A DNA stretch of 64,000 bases from Candidatus Omnitrophota bacterium (GTDB lineage Bacteria; Omnitrophota; Gorgyraeia; 1-14-0-20-64-10). The notes beneath the pieces were generated by a model, which did not search any database, had not been told where the DNA came from, and saw only the letters and a program-made list of their open reading frames with translations. A program made the position numbers and the translations under genes. Of the stretch, positions 12,001 through 27,000 are shown one piece after another; within the stretch, counting starts at the first letter, position 1, and every line of letters begins with the position of its first letter. The stretch covers positions 4,248 to 68,247 of the forward strand of contig JAHFFE010000004.1 in assembly GCA_023248155.1 (NCBI GenBank). The letters are read 5' to 3'.

Positions 12001-15000
12001 TCAATGATCAGGCCGACGTGACGCGCATGACCGAAATCCTCAATGCCATTGCCGCGGGCATCATTCCCGATTATGTCTTCAACGGCAATCTGAATAAAGA
12101 CCTTCTGATTTCTCAGCCGGATGCGGATCTGATGGCGGAGCTGCTGCCGGAAGCCGCGGATGTCGACGGCGACGGCACGGTGGACCTGGCCGACTATGAG
12201 CGGCTTAAACAGCTGGTGGCTTTTGCAACGAACGCAATCTCGGTGGCTGAAATCCAGCGCGCCGATGTCAACCATGATACGTTTGTGGATCAGCACGACT
12301 ATGATGATCTCGACGCCGCGTTAGCGAGTGCGGCCCGCTTTGACGTCGACGGCAATCAAAAATTTGAACAGCGCGATGTCAATGCCGTCAGCGAAATGGT
12401 CGCCAAGCACATCACTTCAGCCACGCTGACCCGGGCCGATCTCAATGCGGACGGCCGGGTTGATCATCTGGATGCGCGCGCGTTGAGCGAGGCGCTGGGC
12501 CGGGGCGTGGACGTCAACGGCAACGGCAGTTTTGATGCGGCCGATGTCTACCGCATTGACGACGTGATCCGCGCCAACCGCATCGCGGCCACGGATTATG
12601 AATACCAGCTGCTGGACGTCAATGCCGACGGCTTGCGCAATGACCGCGATTTGAGCGACTTTATCGATGCCGTGCGCCGCGTGCCGTCGGACTTTAACCA
12701 AGACGGCCATTACGACAAGACGGATATGGAAGACCTTCAGGAGATTGTGACCCGCATGGCTGCGGCCGGCGTAACGCTGGATATGTTTGCCAAAGCCGAT
12801 GTCGACGGCAACGGCACGATCGAAACGGCGGACAGCACGAAATTGGAACAAGCCTTGAAATATGTCAAGGATATCGACGGCAACGGCATTGTCAACGAAC
12901 TCGACCTGACGCGCCTGCGTGATTTGCTGGAGTACCAAACTCTGCAGACCGGCCTGCGCCGCGATGCGCTGGCGAGTATGGATTTGACGGGGGAGGGCCA
13001 ATTGACGACGGCTGACCTTACCAAACTGCAGGGCTGGCTGGATAATCCCGCGTCGGCCACGGCGCTTGAGAAACACCGCGCCGATATCACGGGCGATGGC
13101 CGCTTCCAGGCCGATGACTACGATGCGCTCAATGCGATTTTGCAGATTTTGAAGAAAGACTTAAACGGCGATCTGCGCGTGGACCGCGCCGACCTTCAAT
13201 TCCTGATGGACCGCATTGCCGAAAGAACCGCGCTGCTGGCCAAATTCGATGTCAAAGCTGACAACGCGCTCACCGCCGGAGACACAACGGTCTTTGATAC
13301 GCTGCAGGCGGATTTTGGCGGGCTTATTTCGCCGCGGCGTTTTGATCTCAATAACGACGGCGCGGTCAATGCAGATGATGACAAACTGCTGGCCGATTAT
13401 GTCAGCGGACGCAGAACCGTGACGCCTGCGCTTTTTGATGTTCTCAATCTGAACGGCGATACCCTGGTAGGGCCTGCGGATCAAACCCTGCTGCAGGATG
13501 CGATCCGTATCCTTAAGGCCGATTTCAACGGCGACTTCCTGGTGGATGCAGCCGACCGCGGCTTGCTGGCCGATGGCGTGACGGGCGCGATCAAACGCTT
13601 TGAAACCCTTGACCTGACTTATGATTTTAACCAGAGCCAGACATTGACCGCGGATGACCGCGGGCCGCTCTTGGAAACCATGCGGGCGTTTGTGCGCGAT
13701 ATCCGGCCGTACAGCCGCGCGGATGTCAACCGCGATGGCGTCATCGGTGAAGAAGAACGCGCGGCCCTGCTGGATACAATCCGCTATTACGTGGATCTGG
13801 ACGGCATTGGCGGCGTGAATCAGGGCGATGTCCAGCTGCTGGAGCGTGTGCTGGCCTACCGCCGTTTGAATGTTCAGGATGCCGAAAGAGACCTGGCGGA
13901 TATCGACGGCGACGGCACGGTGGAACCGGACGATATCACGCAGCTGCAGGAAGGGCTGGCTTTGTTGAAACGCGCGGACATCACCGGCGACGGCCAATTG
14001 ACCAGCGCGGATACGGCGCGCGTGACGCAGATCGCCGATTTTCTGCGCCTTAATCCGGCGGCGGCCATGCCCTTTACGCTGGCGGAACTGAAGGCCGCGG
14101 ACGTGAACCTGGATGACGCTGTGGATGAAAAGGATATCGCCGTGATTCAGGACTATCTCAACAATCGCTATGACATCAACCGCAGCGGCGCGATTGATCA
14201 GACGGATCTGACCCGCTTTGCGAATATCATCAAGTACTTTGAATTGAAGGTCACGCCGGCAGATTTGATCCGGGCGGACTTTGACGGCGACGGCGTGCTG
14301 GAGGATGAAGACTTGACGATGCTGCGCGAGTATCTGCCGCGTTTTCAGCAGGGGGACATGAACGGCGATCACGTGCTTGACGGCGCTGATTTGGCGATCA
14401 TGCAGGATATTACGCGCTTCCTGGATGTGAAGAGTTTCGGCTTTAAGCAGATCGGCGGCCAGGATTATGACAACGACGGTATCGTGGATGTCTATCACAC
14501 GCTCTCACCCCTGCACCGCGCTGACATTAATCACGACGGCAAGATTACGGTCGAGGACCGGCATGAAATTGAAACGCTGATTCTGAGTCTGATCGATATC
14601 AACAACGACCAGGAGATTGACGAAGACGATCTGTCGCGCATGGCGGAAATTTTGGAAGCCGTAAAACTGAACGTCAAACAGTATGATCTGGCCAAGGCCG
14701 ATGTGGACGGCGACGGTTTCATCACGGGTTTCGACATTACGGAACTGGATAACGTCCTTGGCATTTTGCACGAATATGACCTGGACCGCGACGGCGATAC
14801 GGATGCGGACGACATCAAGATCGTCACGGATATTTTTGACAAGGCCCAGGCCATGCCGTTTACGCTGGAGGAACTGCGCATGGCCGACCTAAATCAGGAC
14901 GGCATTGTGGATGCGCGTGATCAGGCCGCCGTGCTGGACGTGCTTTCGAAGATTCGCGATGTCAACGGCGACGGCGTGACGGACATTTCGGACGTTGAAA

Positions 15001-18000
15001 AACTGGATCAATTACTGCGCATCACCGAGCTTAACCTCAAGCCTTACGAAATCAGCAATGCGGATGTGGACGCAAACGGCTTTGTGGATGAAATGGACAA
15101 ACTGCTGCTCGAACAAAGCATTGCGCTCTTCAGCAACGCCGATAATCTCGATGTGAACCGCGATGGCAAGGTCAATGAACTCGATGTGGAAGCCGTGCAA
15201 AGCCTGATTGCGGCTATTGCCCGCCAGGAGCAGATTCCGCTTGAGGAATTGACGCGCCGCGATATTACCCGGGACGGCACGGTCGATGACAAGGACGTGC
15301 AGGAAATCCTGAAAATTCTGCGTTTGCATACCGACGTCAACGGCGACGGCATCATCAACCAGGCCGATGTCAACCGTATTTGGGACGTGCAGAAATACCT
15401 GGCTTATAACATCAAACCCTCGGAACAAGCGCTGGCCGATGTCAATGAAGACGGAATCGTGGATACGGAAGATATTCTGGAACTGCGCCGCCGCCTGGCA
15501 GTTTTGCGGCGCGGCAATTTTGACAACGACCAGGACGTGGACGCCGATGACCTTGCCATCTTGCAAGCCACGGTGACTTTTGTCGAATCCATCAACCCGG
15601 AACTGCCCGGCCTGGCCCAGCGCATTGACTTTGACCGTTCCGGCCTGATCGATGAAACCGACCGTGCCCGGCTGCTGCAGATCTTGAGTTACCGGATTGA
15701 TTTGACAGGTGACGGCCTTGTGGATTCCGAGGATATCGATTATCTCTACCTGGCGATCGATGCGCTGGCCGCCGGCATTGCCAATCCGAACAAAGATATC
15801 GACGGCAATGGCGTGGTGGAAGGCACGGAGGATACCAATAACAACGGCATTCTGGATGAAGGCGAAGATCTGGATGCGGACGGCGTGCTGGATCTCGGAG
15901 ACGTCGGGCTGCTGAAGCAGAGCGTCGAGACCCTGCGTCAGTTTGATATGAATAGCGACAATGTCGTGGATCAAAGAGACCTGGATCTCTTGATGGACAT
16001 TATTTCTTATGCCTACGCTGACGGCGCGGTCTATGCGCGCGAATTCCGCCAGGCGGATATCAACGGCGACCGTGCGGTCAACGGCGCGGACAAGGAACTG
16101 GTTTTGGCCGCTGCCGGCAGCTGGTCTGTCCGCAAAACCGCCGCGCAGACCGCCGCGCGATTTGCCTTCACGGCCGGAGATCATCAGACGCTTTATTCTT
16201 CCGTCAACAATGCGTTCGTGGAATATGAACTGGCTTTGTCGCCGGCGGGCACCGGCACCTATGAAGTCGGTCTGTCCGCGCAGACGCATAACAATCTGAC
16301 GCCGCCTGCGGGTTACCAATACCGTTTCGATGCCTATGTGGACAATGTCTATCAGGGGCGCATTGAAATTCCGGCCTCGCGCACTTTAGCCACCGAAGGC
16401 TTCCTGAAGCTGGACCTCGAGCCGGGCCGCCATAACCTGCGGCTGGTTTGGACCAACAAAGAAGCGGGCACCAATGTCGAAATTAAAGAAATCTTTGCGC
16501 GCAATATCATGGACATTGCCGGCGCTGAAGGCTCGGCCTTTGCGCCGGATGGCCAAGTCAACGGGAATGATACCGATCTCATCGACCGCGTCATGGCCTT
16601 TTTCCCGAAAATCGACGTCAACGGCGACGGCTGGTTCCATCTGGACGATGCGCGCCAATACCGCCTCGACATTGCCCAGGCGCGCGTGCTCTACGGCTTA
16701 AATGACCGCGGCGACCTCAACCTGGCCGATGCGCCGGATGCCGCCGGACTGCTGGCGCGCTGGGACTTAAACCGTGACGGCGTCGTCAACCGCGCGGATG
16801 AAGACCATATGGAACAAATTGCCTTTTCAATCTATCAGGTGGACCGCTTGAACGGCGCGGACATGGACGGCAACGGACGCATTACGTCCCGGGATACGGA
16901 ACTGCTTGAAGAAGCCGTGCGCGCCCTGGTGGACGTGGACCAAAACGGCATCGTCGATGATAAAGACGTTTTCCGCATCCAGGATGTGATTGATTTCAAA
17001 TTGCTCAACCTCAAAGACGGCGAAAGCGAGCGCGCCGACATCAACCATGACGGCCGCGTCGATCATCTGGATAAAGATATTTTGGAACTCAACCTTGGCC
17101 TGATGCAGCAGTATGACGCCAACCGTGACCATGTCACCGATGCGCGTGATCTGAATCTGATCATCAATACGCTCAAGCTTTTTGCAGCCGACAGCGCCAA
17201 AATTGCGCTGGCGGATCTGAATAAAAACGGGTTTATCGACAGCGAAGACACCGCCCTGATTAAGGACAGTTTTTACCGCGGCGTGGATCTCAATGATGAC
17301 GGGCGTATTGATACCCGCGATGTCGAAATCGTGCGTGAGCTTAAAGCACGCGGCCTCTACAACACGCAAGCGGATCTGGAACCTGCGGGAGCGCCCAATG
17401 GCGTCATCAATCAAGCGGACATCGACGCCTTTGAAACCATTGTGCGCAATCGCGTGGATATCAACGGCGATGGGGTCATGGATGTCATTGATTTTGCCTA
17501 CACCATGGTCGAATTGGACCGCACGGTCTATGCCCAAGCCGATAAAGACGGCGATGGCGAAGTTACGGCCGCGGATCTGGAGGCGGTCAAGGCCGACCTG
17601 GCGCGGCTGGACGCCAACATGGACGGCATCGCCGACGTGTCTGATTTTGATCTTTATGAAGATGCAATTCGTCTGGTGTTGAATAACAATTTGACGGCCA
17701 ACGGCGCCACGGAAGCGCAGATCCTGAAGGCCTTGCGTATTTTGAAACCCACGCGGCCCAGCGATGACAGTCTGAGTTCGAACCTTTCCGTGCGCGGCAA
17801 TTTTGACGACGCGGCGATTTTGAGTTTGTTTACGCCGCAGGCCGGCGCCTGGCGCCAGGAAGGTATTTTTGCGGTGCAGTCCAATGCGCAAACCGAGGCC
17901 TGGAGCGAGGCGGGCGCCGCGGATTGGCGCGACATCGCGCTCGGAGCGGATCTGGAATTCCGCAGTTATAGCCGCCAGGCTGGGTTCCGTTTCCGTGTTC

Positions 18001-21000
18001 AGAATGACCGCAATTATTACTCCGTCATGCTGGCCGGCGACCGGTTGATTTTGGAAGCCGTGCGCAATAATGTGCGCAGCGTCCTGGCTGAAACGCAGCT
18101 TTCTGAGGCCACGCAGAATGAATCGCGCTATTACTTGGAAGTTTCCGCCATGGGCACCGAACTTCATGTGCGTTTAAACGGCCGTGACATGCTGACGGCA
18201 ACCGATGACAGTTTTGCTGCCGGTAAAATTGCCCTGCAGAGCACGGACTCCTACGTGAAATTTTCAAATCTGGCGCTGGATGCGGATGCAGACCTGGAGT
18301 ATTTGAGAACCACGCACATGCTCAAGACCGATCTTACGGGTGATGGCATCGTCAATAGCGCGGATGAGAACCTGCTGGCGGCGATTCAAGCGCTTGGACT
18401 CACCGACTTGAATTTGGACGGAAACGTGGATGCGGCGGACCGCAACTTGCTGCGCCTGAGCGCGTTTGCGGATTTTGACGGCGACACCCAGCTGGAACTT
18501 GAAGATTTGGATGCCGCAAATCTGCTGGTGCTGGATGGCGACGGCAACGGCCTTATGGACGGCCGCGACCTGACCGTGGTGGACGGCTACGTGCATCTGG
18601 CCGATCAAATTCAGTACGAAGTCTTTTCGATTCTGGATCGTGCGGATGTGGACGGATCGACCAAGGCCGAGATGGCGGATCTGACCAAGGCCACCCTGAT
18701 GGTCTGGCGCTATTTTGATTTTAACGGCGTTGATGGAGTTGACACGGATGACTGGGAGCGCTTGAAGATCGTGATCGCGGCCCGCCGCTTGTTCCCGAAT
18801 ACGGTCGTGATCGAAGACCTGATCAAGAAAATTGATTTTAATAAAAATGGCCGAGTCGATGATGCCGACAAAGCCCAGCTGGCGGATAACATCCGGGATT
18901 TTAACCTCGTCGATGTGAACCAGGACGGCATCATCAACGATAAAGACGTCAAGGCGGTCCAGGCCATTGTGGACACGATTTTATATATTCAGGAACTGAA
19001 TCCGTCTTCGATTATTTCTGAAGACCTTACCGGTGACGGCCTGATCGATATGCGGGATGTCAAGGAGGCGCTGGCGTTTCTGAATACGCTGGTGGACCGC
19101 AGCCCTCAAGACGGCATCGCCGATGCCTCAGCCATGGATGCCTTGCTGGAAGACTTGAAATCGATTGCGCTTTTCCAGCCGCCGCCCGAGGTCTGGGAGG
19201 CCGCGGATCTCAACAATGACCATCAAGTCGATATCGCCGATATCCAGATTTTCCTCAGCCGGCTGACAAGCTATGTTTTTACCGACCTCAATGATAACCA
19301 GCAGGTGACCAAGCAAGACCTTGAAATTGCGCGCACCTTGATTAATTACGTCAATCAATCGGTGCGCTATAGCGCCCGCCAGCTTGTGCTGGCGGATCTG
19401 GACGCCAGCGGCCAAGTGGATGCGGCCGATGCGCAGATCGCCGATGCGTTCCGCGATATCGACGGCAGCGGAACGGTCGAAGAACGTGACCGGCTGCTGG
19501 CGCAATACCTGGTCTTCCGCAGCCGGACTGATCTGGATGGCGACGGTGTGTTTGCGGCGAGCGACCGCGCGCTGGTGCGCTCGATGCTCGGCGCCCAATC
19601 ACTTGTGCAGTTCGGTACGCAAGCCACTCAATCGACGGCGCTCGAGCCGCTGGGCAATAACCTGATCGCCCAGGCGGCCGGCAGCCACTTTACCTACCGC
19701 TTTGAGATCACCGAAAGCGGTCTCTATGACGTCGGCGTTTCATTGAAGGCCTACGATAAAGTCGTGGCTGCGGGCTATGAATATCCGGTGGATGTTTATG
19801 TGGATGGTGAAAAGAAGGGCGAAATCCGCGTGGCCGGATCGAGCGTGGAATTTAACAGCGCCTCGCTCAAGCTGGAACTTCCCAAGGGGCCGCATCTGGT
19901 GAAGTTTGTGACGCGCACGCCGTCTGCGGATAATCACAAGATTCAGATGCACGAAGCGTTTGCACGCGCTGCCGCGGACTTAAATCAGGACGGCCTTGTG
20001 GACGTCAACGATGTCACGCTGATCGAGATGATTGCCGGCCGTTCGCTGGCAAGTGCCAAAGCCGATGTGACCGGCGAAGGCGCGGTGGACAATGCTGATG
20101 TGACTAAAATTCAGGAAATGACCGCGCAGTTCGCGCAGGCTTCACTGGCTCTGACCTATACGGATGCCGAAGGTCAAGTCCGGACGCTGGACAAGAACGG
20201 CGTTCTTGGCGCCCTGGCCTCCTTCGAAGGACTTAAACTCGATGGCGCGGATCTCAAAGTGCTGGAAACCTGGCGCGAGAATTTCAATACCAGCCTGGAA
20301 ACCAGTTTGTTGTCGCTTAACTCCCAGGCCCGCATTGAAGACGGCCGTCTTCAACTGTCGGCGCCGGCGGTGCCGGGCACGGCGGCCAAAGCGGAGTTCG
20401 GGTTTGCGGATTGGAAGACCGCAGGGGTTGAAACGCAGGTGCGGCTCGGTGGCGCCGGTACGGCGGAACGGTCGGCGGGCGTGATTCTGCGCGTTCAGGA
20501 TGAAAACAATTTTGTGCGCGTGCGTATCGTGCGCACCGGCGCGAGCCGCGACGCGCTGCGCGTTGAAAAAATTACCAACGGGGCTGTCACGCTGCTGTTG
20601 CCTGAGGTCCTGCTGGGCGCCGAAGTGCTGACCGATCCGTTCTACGGGTTGAAAGTTGAATTGGGCGCCGACACACTCAAAGTTTTTGTCAACGGCGCGC
20701 TGAAAGCGGAAAAAACAGGGTTAGGCGAGCCGGTTCAGGGCCGTTTGGCACTTTTTGCCGCCAACACCGAGGCGTCGTTCGATTCGCTGAGTGTGACGGC
20801 GGACATCCGCTTTGCGGATCTCGGCCCGGGCCTGCTTGTCCGCGATTTGGATAAAGACGGCAAACTCACGGCTTCCGACGATGCCATCCGCGCCGCGCTG
20901 ACTGCGTTCATGCAGGAAAATCAAAATACGGAATTTTTGCTGAATCTGGGCCGCGCGGATATCAATGCGGACGGCCGGTTAAATACGGAAGATGCCCAGC

Positions 21001-24000
21001 TGGTCAGCGACCGGATCAATGAAACGACGATTCGCGCCCGCGTGGACTTAAACAATGATAGCGTGCTGGAAGGAGCCGAGGCGCAGCGAATTGCGCAGGC
21101 CATCCGCGGCATGCAGGACGTCAACGAACAAAACGGCATTACTTCCGCGGATGCGGATCTGATCAAACAGATGGCGGCGCTGTCGCTCTTCCGCGACATT
21201 CCGGCCGGGGATTTAAACCGCGACGGCCTGGCCGGCAATCTGGATGCGGAGGAAATCAGGAAGTTTCTGGATTCGCTCTACCGCGGCTTGAATGTCTCAA
21301 GTCAGGAGCAGGCGCTGGCCGACGTCAATCAGGACGGCGTGGTCAACTATGTGGATATCGGCCTGCTGCTCAAGGCCAATACGCTTTATTTGCGCAGTGA
21401 CATTAACGGCGATGCTTCCGTCGATGAATTGGATCTTCTGCGTATGGACGGCATTTTGGAAGCGCTTTTCTCCGACGAATTGATCAACCGTGAAATCATC
21501 GCGCGCGCAGACCTGACGGGCGCGGATATCAATGCCGACGGCGTGGGCGACAAGGACGGTTTTATCCGTGCGGAGGATGAAGCCCTGTTTGCGAAATCGC
21601 TGGCGCTGTGGCGCGATCTTTCCGGGGACGGCAAGGTCGATGACAAGGACATCGCGTTGATTCAGCAGGGCCTGGATTTTCTGGCCAAGACCGGCGGCAT
21701 TTTACCCTCAGTTTCCAATTTTAACGGCGCGATGGTGGCGGCCGCGCTCAGACAGCTTAACGCGATAACTTACCGCGAAAAATCCCAGCGGCTTTTAACG
21801 GCCATGCTGTCGGAGCAAAACTTCGAGACCGATACCACGGGCTGGAGCTTTGACACCACCGGCTCCTGGCGCCGGATTGCCGGCCAACTGGTGCAGGAAA
21901 AAGCCATTACGCAGGAAATGACGAAAGCGACGATGGCCGGTACGGTCGAGAATTTCAATCTGAGCGTCAACTTCCGTTTTGACGGCACGAGCGGCCAGCC
22001 CGGCCGCGGCGGGTTTATTTTCAGGCTGGATCCTGTGACCGGCGATCATTACGACATTCTGGTAGACGGCGGCGTTTTCACTCTGCGCAAATTTACGGGC
22101 GGGAAGTATCAAAATCTGGCCACGCATGCGATTCAAGCCGACGAGGATTTCCATACGCTGGTTCTGCGCGCACACGAAGACAAGATTGAGGCTGTTTTGG
22201 ATGGCAGTGAAATTCTCTTCAAGATTCAGGATGGCGATCTGGAACGCGGCGGCCTGCAGATGTTTACCGGCCGCGGCACGATTGGCCGGTTTGAATCGGT
22301 GCGCGTCGACAACGTGGCCTTTCCGCCTGTCCAGGCCGGCTTGGCGCTCTTGGAACCGGTCGCGATGGAACAAAGCGTTGAAGACTTTGTCCTTGAAGCG
22401 GATCTGACGCTGGACGGCAGCCAGGTACCGCCCGTGATGACCGGGATGCCGCAGCCCAACGAAGGCCGCCAGGCCGGCGTCTTGTTTGCCTCGGCGGCCG
22501 ATGGTTCCGGATACCGCCTCAATTTCCGGCCCGACAGCGGCAAGATCGAACTTTACCGGCTGCAGGACAGCCAGGCGGAACGCTTGGGCTACGGCGTGAT
22601 TCCGGTCAGCGGCTGGGATAAACCGTATCATCTGGAAATCAAGCGCTCCGGCGGCCTGATCCGCGTTTTCGTCAACCACATGGAACTGATCAGCGTGGAT
22701 GACAGAGTTTTGGGCGGCGGGACGCTCAGTTTCTTTAGTGAAAATCAGACCGGCCTTGCGGCGGCCAACGTCCAACTGCGCAAAATGACGGCCTTTGACG
22801 ACATCGCCCGCAGCCTTTCGCTGAGCAAGGATTTGACCGGCGACGGCACCGTCAACGGCACGGATTACATGGTGCTGGCGGACCTGAATTCGGTGGTGAT
22901 CTCTGATTACAACGGCGACAAGATCCTGGATGAGCGCGATGCCGGCCTGTTCATGGCCCTGGCTTCCGGCCGGCTGGATGTCAACGGCGATCTTGCGCTG
23001 ACGCCGCAGGATTCCAGCGACTATGCCGACGCTTACCGGGGCCATGTGGACATTGATCAGGACGGCTTTGTCGACGCCCAGGATTTAGCGCGCCTGCAGT
23101 TTTTACGCCAGACGATCCGGGATTTCGGTGCGGCCGCGACGCCGCAGACTTTCTCGATGACGGATCTGCAAAAAGCCAATATCAATCAGGACAAGAGCGG
23201 GGCCGTCAACCAGGCGGATCTGTTCCTGCTGACCTCGGCCCACAATCTGATTACCAAACTGGTCTCCGCGCCTCTGATGTTTGACCTGCCGAGTTACCGG
23301 GCGATGACGGCTGAAGCCAAAGCGCAGTATGTGGCTGATTTTAACGAGGCCAAGAAAACGCACTACACAGCGGAGCAAATATCCTTTGCCGACGAAATCG
23401 ACTGGCGCGGCGACGTCAATGGCAGCGGGCTTACCGATCAAACGGACTTTGACTTGCTGCGTACGATCATTACGCTGACCCACACGGGCGCGGACGTCAA
23501 CAAGCTAAAACATGCGGACATCAACCGCGACGGCACGATCGATGCGGCCGATGTGGATTTTTACCGCAGTCTGCTGCCGGATCGAGTCGATGTGGATGAA
23601 AATGGTGTGGTCAATCATGACGACTATCTGGCCGTGCGCCAGGCCTACTTTCGCAGTGTGCTGGCCGATCTCAATGGCGACGGCTCGGTCGACGGTTTTG
23701 ATTTAGACAGCCTGCAGAACCTGCTGGGTCTGAAGGACGTCCGCATAGACGCGCTCAAGGCCTCCGACTGGCAGGGACGCGTCTCGGGCAGCGGTTTTGC
23801 CATGAGCGGCTCGGAAGCGGTGGCGGAGTCCGATGCCTGGATTGAATTTCCGCTGGCGATTGCCAACCGCGGCACGTATGACGTGGGTCTGGATGTGATT
23901 AATTTCGAAAAATTTGACCTGCCGGCGGGCTATCACTACCACTTTGAAGTCGAAATCAACGGCGCGCACGCGGGGGATATTTATCTGCCGGCATCGGCCG

Positions 24001-27000
24001 AAGCCTATCAGCGCGCGGCCCTGACGCTTAAACTCGACCCGGCCAATTACAAAGTACGGTTCAAATGGGTCAATGACGACGGCCGGCCCGAGACTGGGGT
24101 GCGCATCCGCACGATGTTTGCCGACCATCTCTTTGATACGGACAAAGACGGCATTGTCAGTGCCGCGGATCTGGCCCAGATCGAAGCCGCGATCCGGCTT
24201 TCGATGGCGGTCAAGGCCGGCGACCTGAACGGCGACACGGTCACCGACGGCGGTGATCTGACTTATTTTGATTCGCATCTGACGCAGGCGGCCACCGACT
24301 TTGACCGCGACGGCACGCCCGGAGAAACGGAAGATAAAGCCCTGCTGGCCCAGGTTGTGCACTATGCGCGCATGGCCGTGCGCGCCGATATTGACGGCAA
24401 CGGCCTGTTGAATATGGAAGATGCTTTCCGCATTGACCGGGCCTTGAGTTTTTCCAAGGACATTGACCTGGCTGCGCTGGACAAAATTGTGAGCTACTAC
24501 ACCAAGCAAGGTGAATTCGCCAAATCCGACGTCAACAAGCCGTTGCAGGCCAATCAGCCCAGCGATATTAATTACGGTCTTGATTTCAACAATATGCTGG
24601 TCAATCTTACGGATAAATGGGACAAAATCGAAAAAACCGAAGACAATACCAAAGAAGACGCCGGCATTTACCACATTTTCGAACTGCTGGCGCTGGGCGA
24701 CGTGACCACGATTATGGCCGTGCGCATGCTCGACCTGGACCTCAACGAAATGGTCCGCGATCAGGTGCTTTACAGCGCGGATGCGAACTTTGATTCGGTG
24801 CAGGGCATTGCGGCGGCGCTCGAAGCCACGCAGAACCGTGATTATTTCCTTTTGACCACGGCCGCGGATTTGGAACTGACGCCCATGCTGCTCAAGATGC
24901 TCGATACCAACCGCGACGGTATTTTTGATGTGCGCGACCTGCCGGAAGGCATCTCTTACCGCCAGTTGGAACGCTTTGACGTCAATCAAACCGACACGCT
25001 GTCCTACCTGGACCGCGATGTGCTGGCCAGCCGCAACGAAGAGAACGGCCAGTGGAACGGCGTCCTGGGCGACAGCCGCCTGACCGGCGCTTATTTCTTC
25101 CTCAACCGCATTCAGGAACAGATCCGCGAAAACTCCGATCTTACCGGCGACGGCCTGATTGATTTTAACGATGCCAATGCGCTGGCGCGCGCCATGGGGC
25201 TGTTCCTCGGCGACCGCGATGCCGACGGCATTACCGATATCGATGAAACGGCGCTCGGGCTGGCCGGTGATTTGGATGGCGACGGACTGCAGGGCTTGAT
25301 CGATCCGGATTCGGACAATGATGGCTTCTCGGACGGCGAAGAACTGGCGCGCGGTTTTGATCCCAAGAGCCGCGATTCGTATCCGCAGGCCGTGCTGGCC
25401 GATTCCGACGGCGACGGGATTGCGGATATCAGCGATGCGAACCGTACGGAAGCCGATGCGGATCATGACGGCTTCTCCGACGGCTGGGAAACAGCGCGGG
25501 GCACGAATCCTTTGGATGCGGCCAGCCGGCCGGTCAAGATCGTGACCGATCCGGATTCCGACGGTGACGGCCTGACGGATGCGGCCGAAAGCGCGCTGGG
25601 AACTTCCGCTGAAAATGCCGACACGGACGGCGACGGTTTTTCGGATAACGAAGAAAAACTATTGAATACGAATCCGATGGACCGCGATTCCAAACCGGCG
25701 CCGAAAGCCGATGACCGCGATGGCGACGGCATCAAGGATGCGGATGAGACTGCGGCGGGAACGGACCTGGACAAGGCGGACTCCGATGGTGACGGCTTCT
25801 CGGATGCGGAAGAAAAGCGTCTGAAGACCAACCCGCTGTTGTCATCGTCGCGGCCGGCGGCCCAAATGCGCGATACGGACGGCGACGGCGTTTCGGATAC
25901 GCAGGAGAGCGAATACGGCACGAACATCTCATCCGTGGACAGCGATCAAGACGGTTTTTGTGATGCCGAGGAAATTGCGCGGGGTTCAAGTCCGGTCTCT
26001 GCTGCGTCCAAGCCGGCCCGGACCTTTGCCGATTCGGACGGCGACGGCATTGCCGATTTGGTCGAAACGTCGCTCAGAGCCGATTTTAGCCTCGACGGAA
26101 TTCTGAATGAGCGCGATTTGGATCTCTTCAAGGTAAAAATGGCCGCGGCGGCAGCACTTACGGAGGCCGAGAAGGCCGTTTATGATCTCAACGGCGATGC
26201 GCTGCTGGATGCTAAGGATATGGCCATTTTCGCCGACATGCGCGCGCTGCTGGCGGAAAGCGAGTTTGGCCGGCCGCTGGCACTCGATCCGCTCAAAGCC
26301 GATACGGATGGCGACGGTTTCAGCGATTGGGAAGAATTGAATCGCGGGACGGATGCGGCGAATGCAGCCAAGTATCCGGTCTCGACCAAGGCGGACATTG
26401 ATGGCAGCGGCACGGTCAATGAACTTGATCTGCAGACCCTCGATCGCCTGACGCGCATGCTGACCGGCGCTGATTTCAACGGGGATCAGCTTTATGATCA
26501 AGAAGATGTGAAGGATCTGCGCGAGCTTTTCGGCGCCCAGTCGCTCAAATTGAAAGCCGTGGAGCGCAAGACCGGCAGTAATTTTACGGTTCAGGGCGAA
26601 ACGCTGGTGGCCGCCCGCCCGCCGCAGACGCCGGTCTGGGATGTGCGCGCGTCCTATGACGTGGAAACTTTCGGCGGCCTGTATCAAGTCGGCCTGTCGG
26701 CGCGCAGTTTTGACGCGATCAACCTGCCGCAGAGCGGTTACTACGAATTTGACGTCTTCGTTGACGGCGCATCGCGCGGCACGGTCACTATGCGCGCCAG
26801 CAACCTGCAATACAACACCGAGACGATTGAACTTAATTTGGGCGCCGGCATCCACAACATCGAATTCCGCTGGACGAATAACGGGGCTTACGCGCGCTCC
26901 TACGGCGAACGCGAATGGGAATATCTCGAGAACCGCAACAAAGAAATCCTGCCGTCCGTGCAGATCAAGGACATTGTGCTCAGGAGTTCGAATTTTGACG

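Noticed and set aside
9070-16120. RTX-type nonapeptide (GGxGxDxUx) beta-roll calcium repeats
   Set aside because: The Ca loops follow the 12-residue EF-hand/dockerin pattern (D-x-N-x-D-G-x-I-D-x-x-D) with helical flanks. No GGxGxD nonapeptide periodicity was seen.
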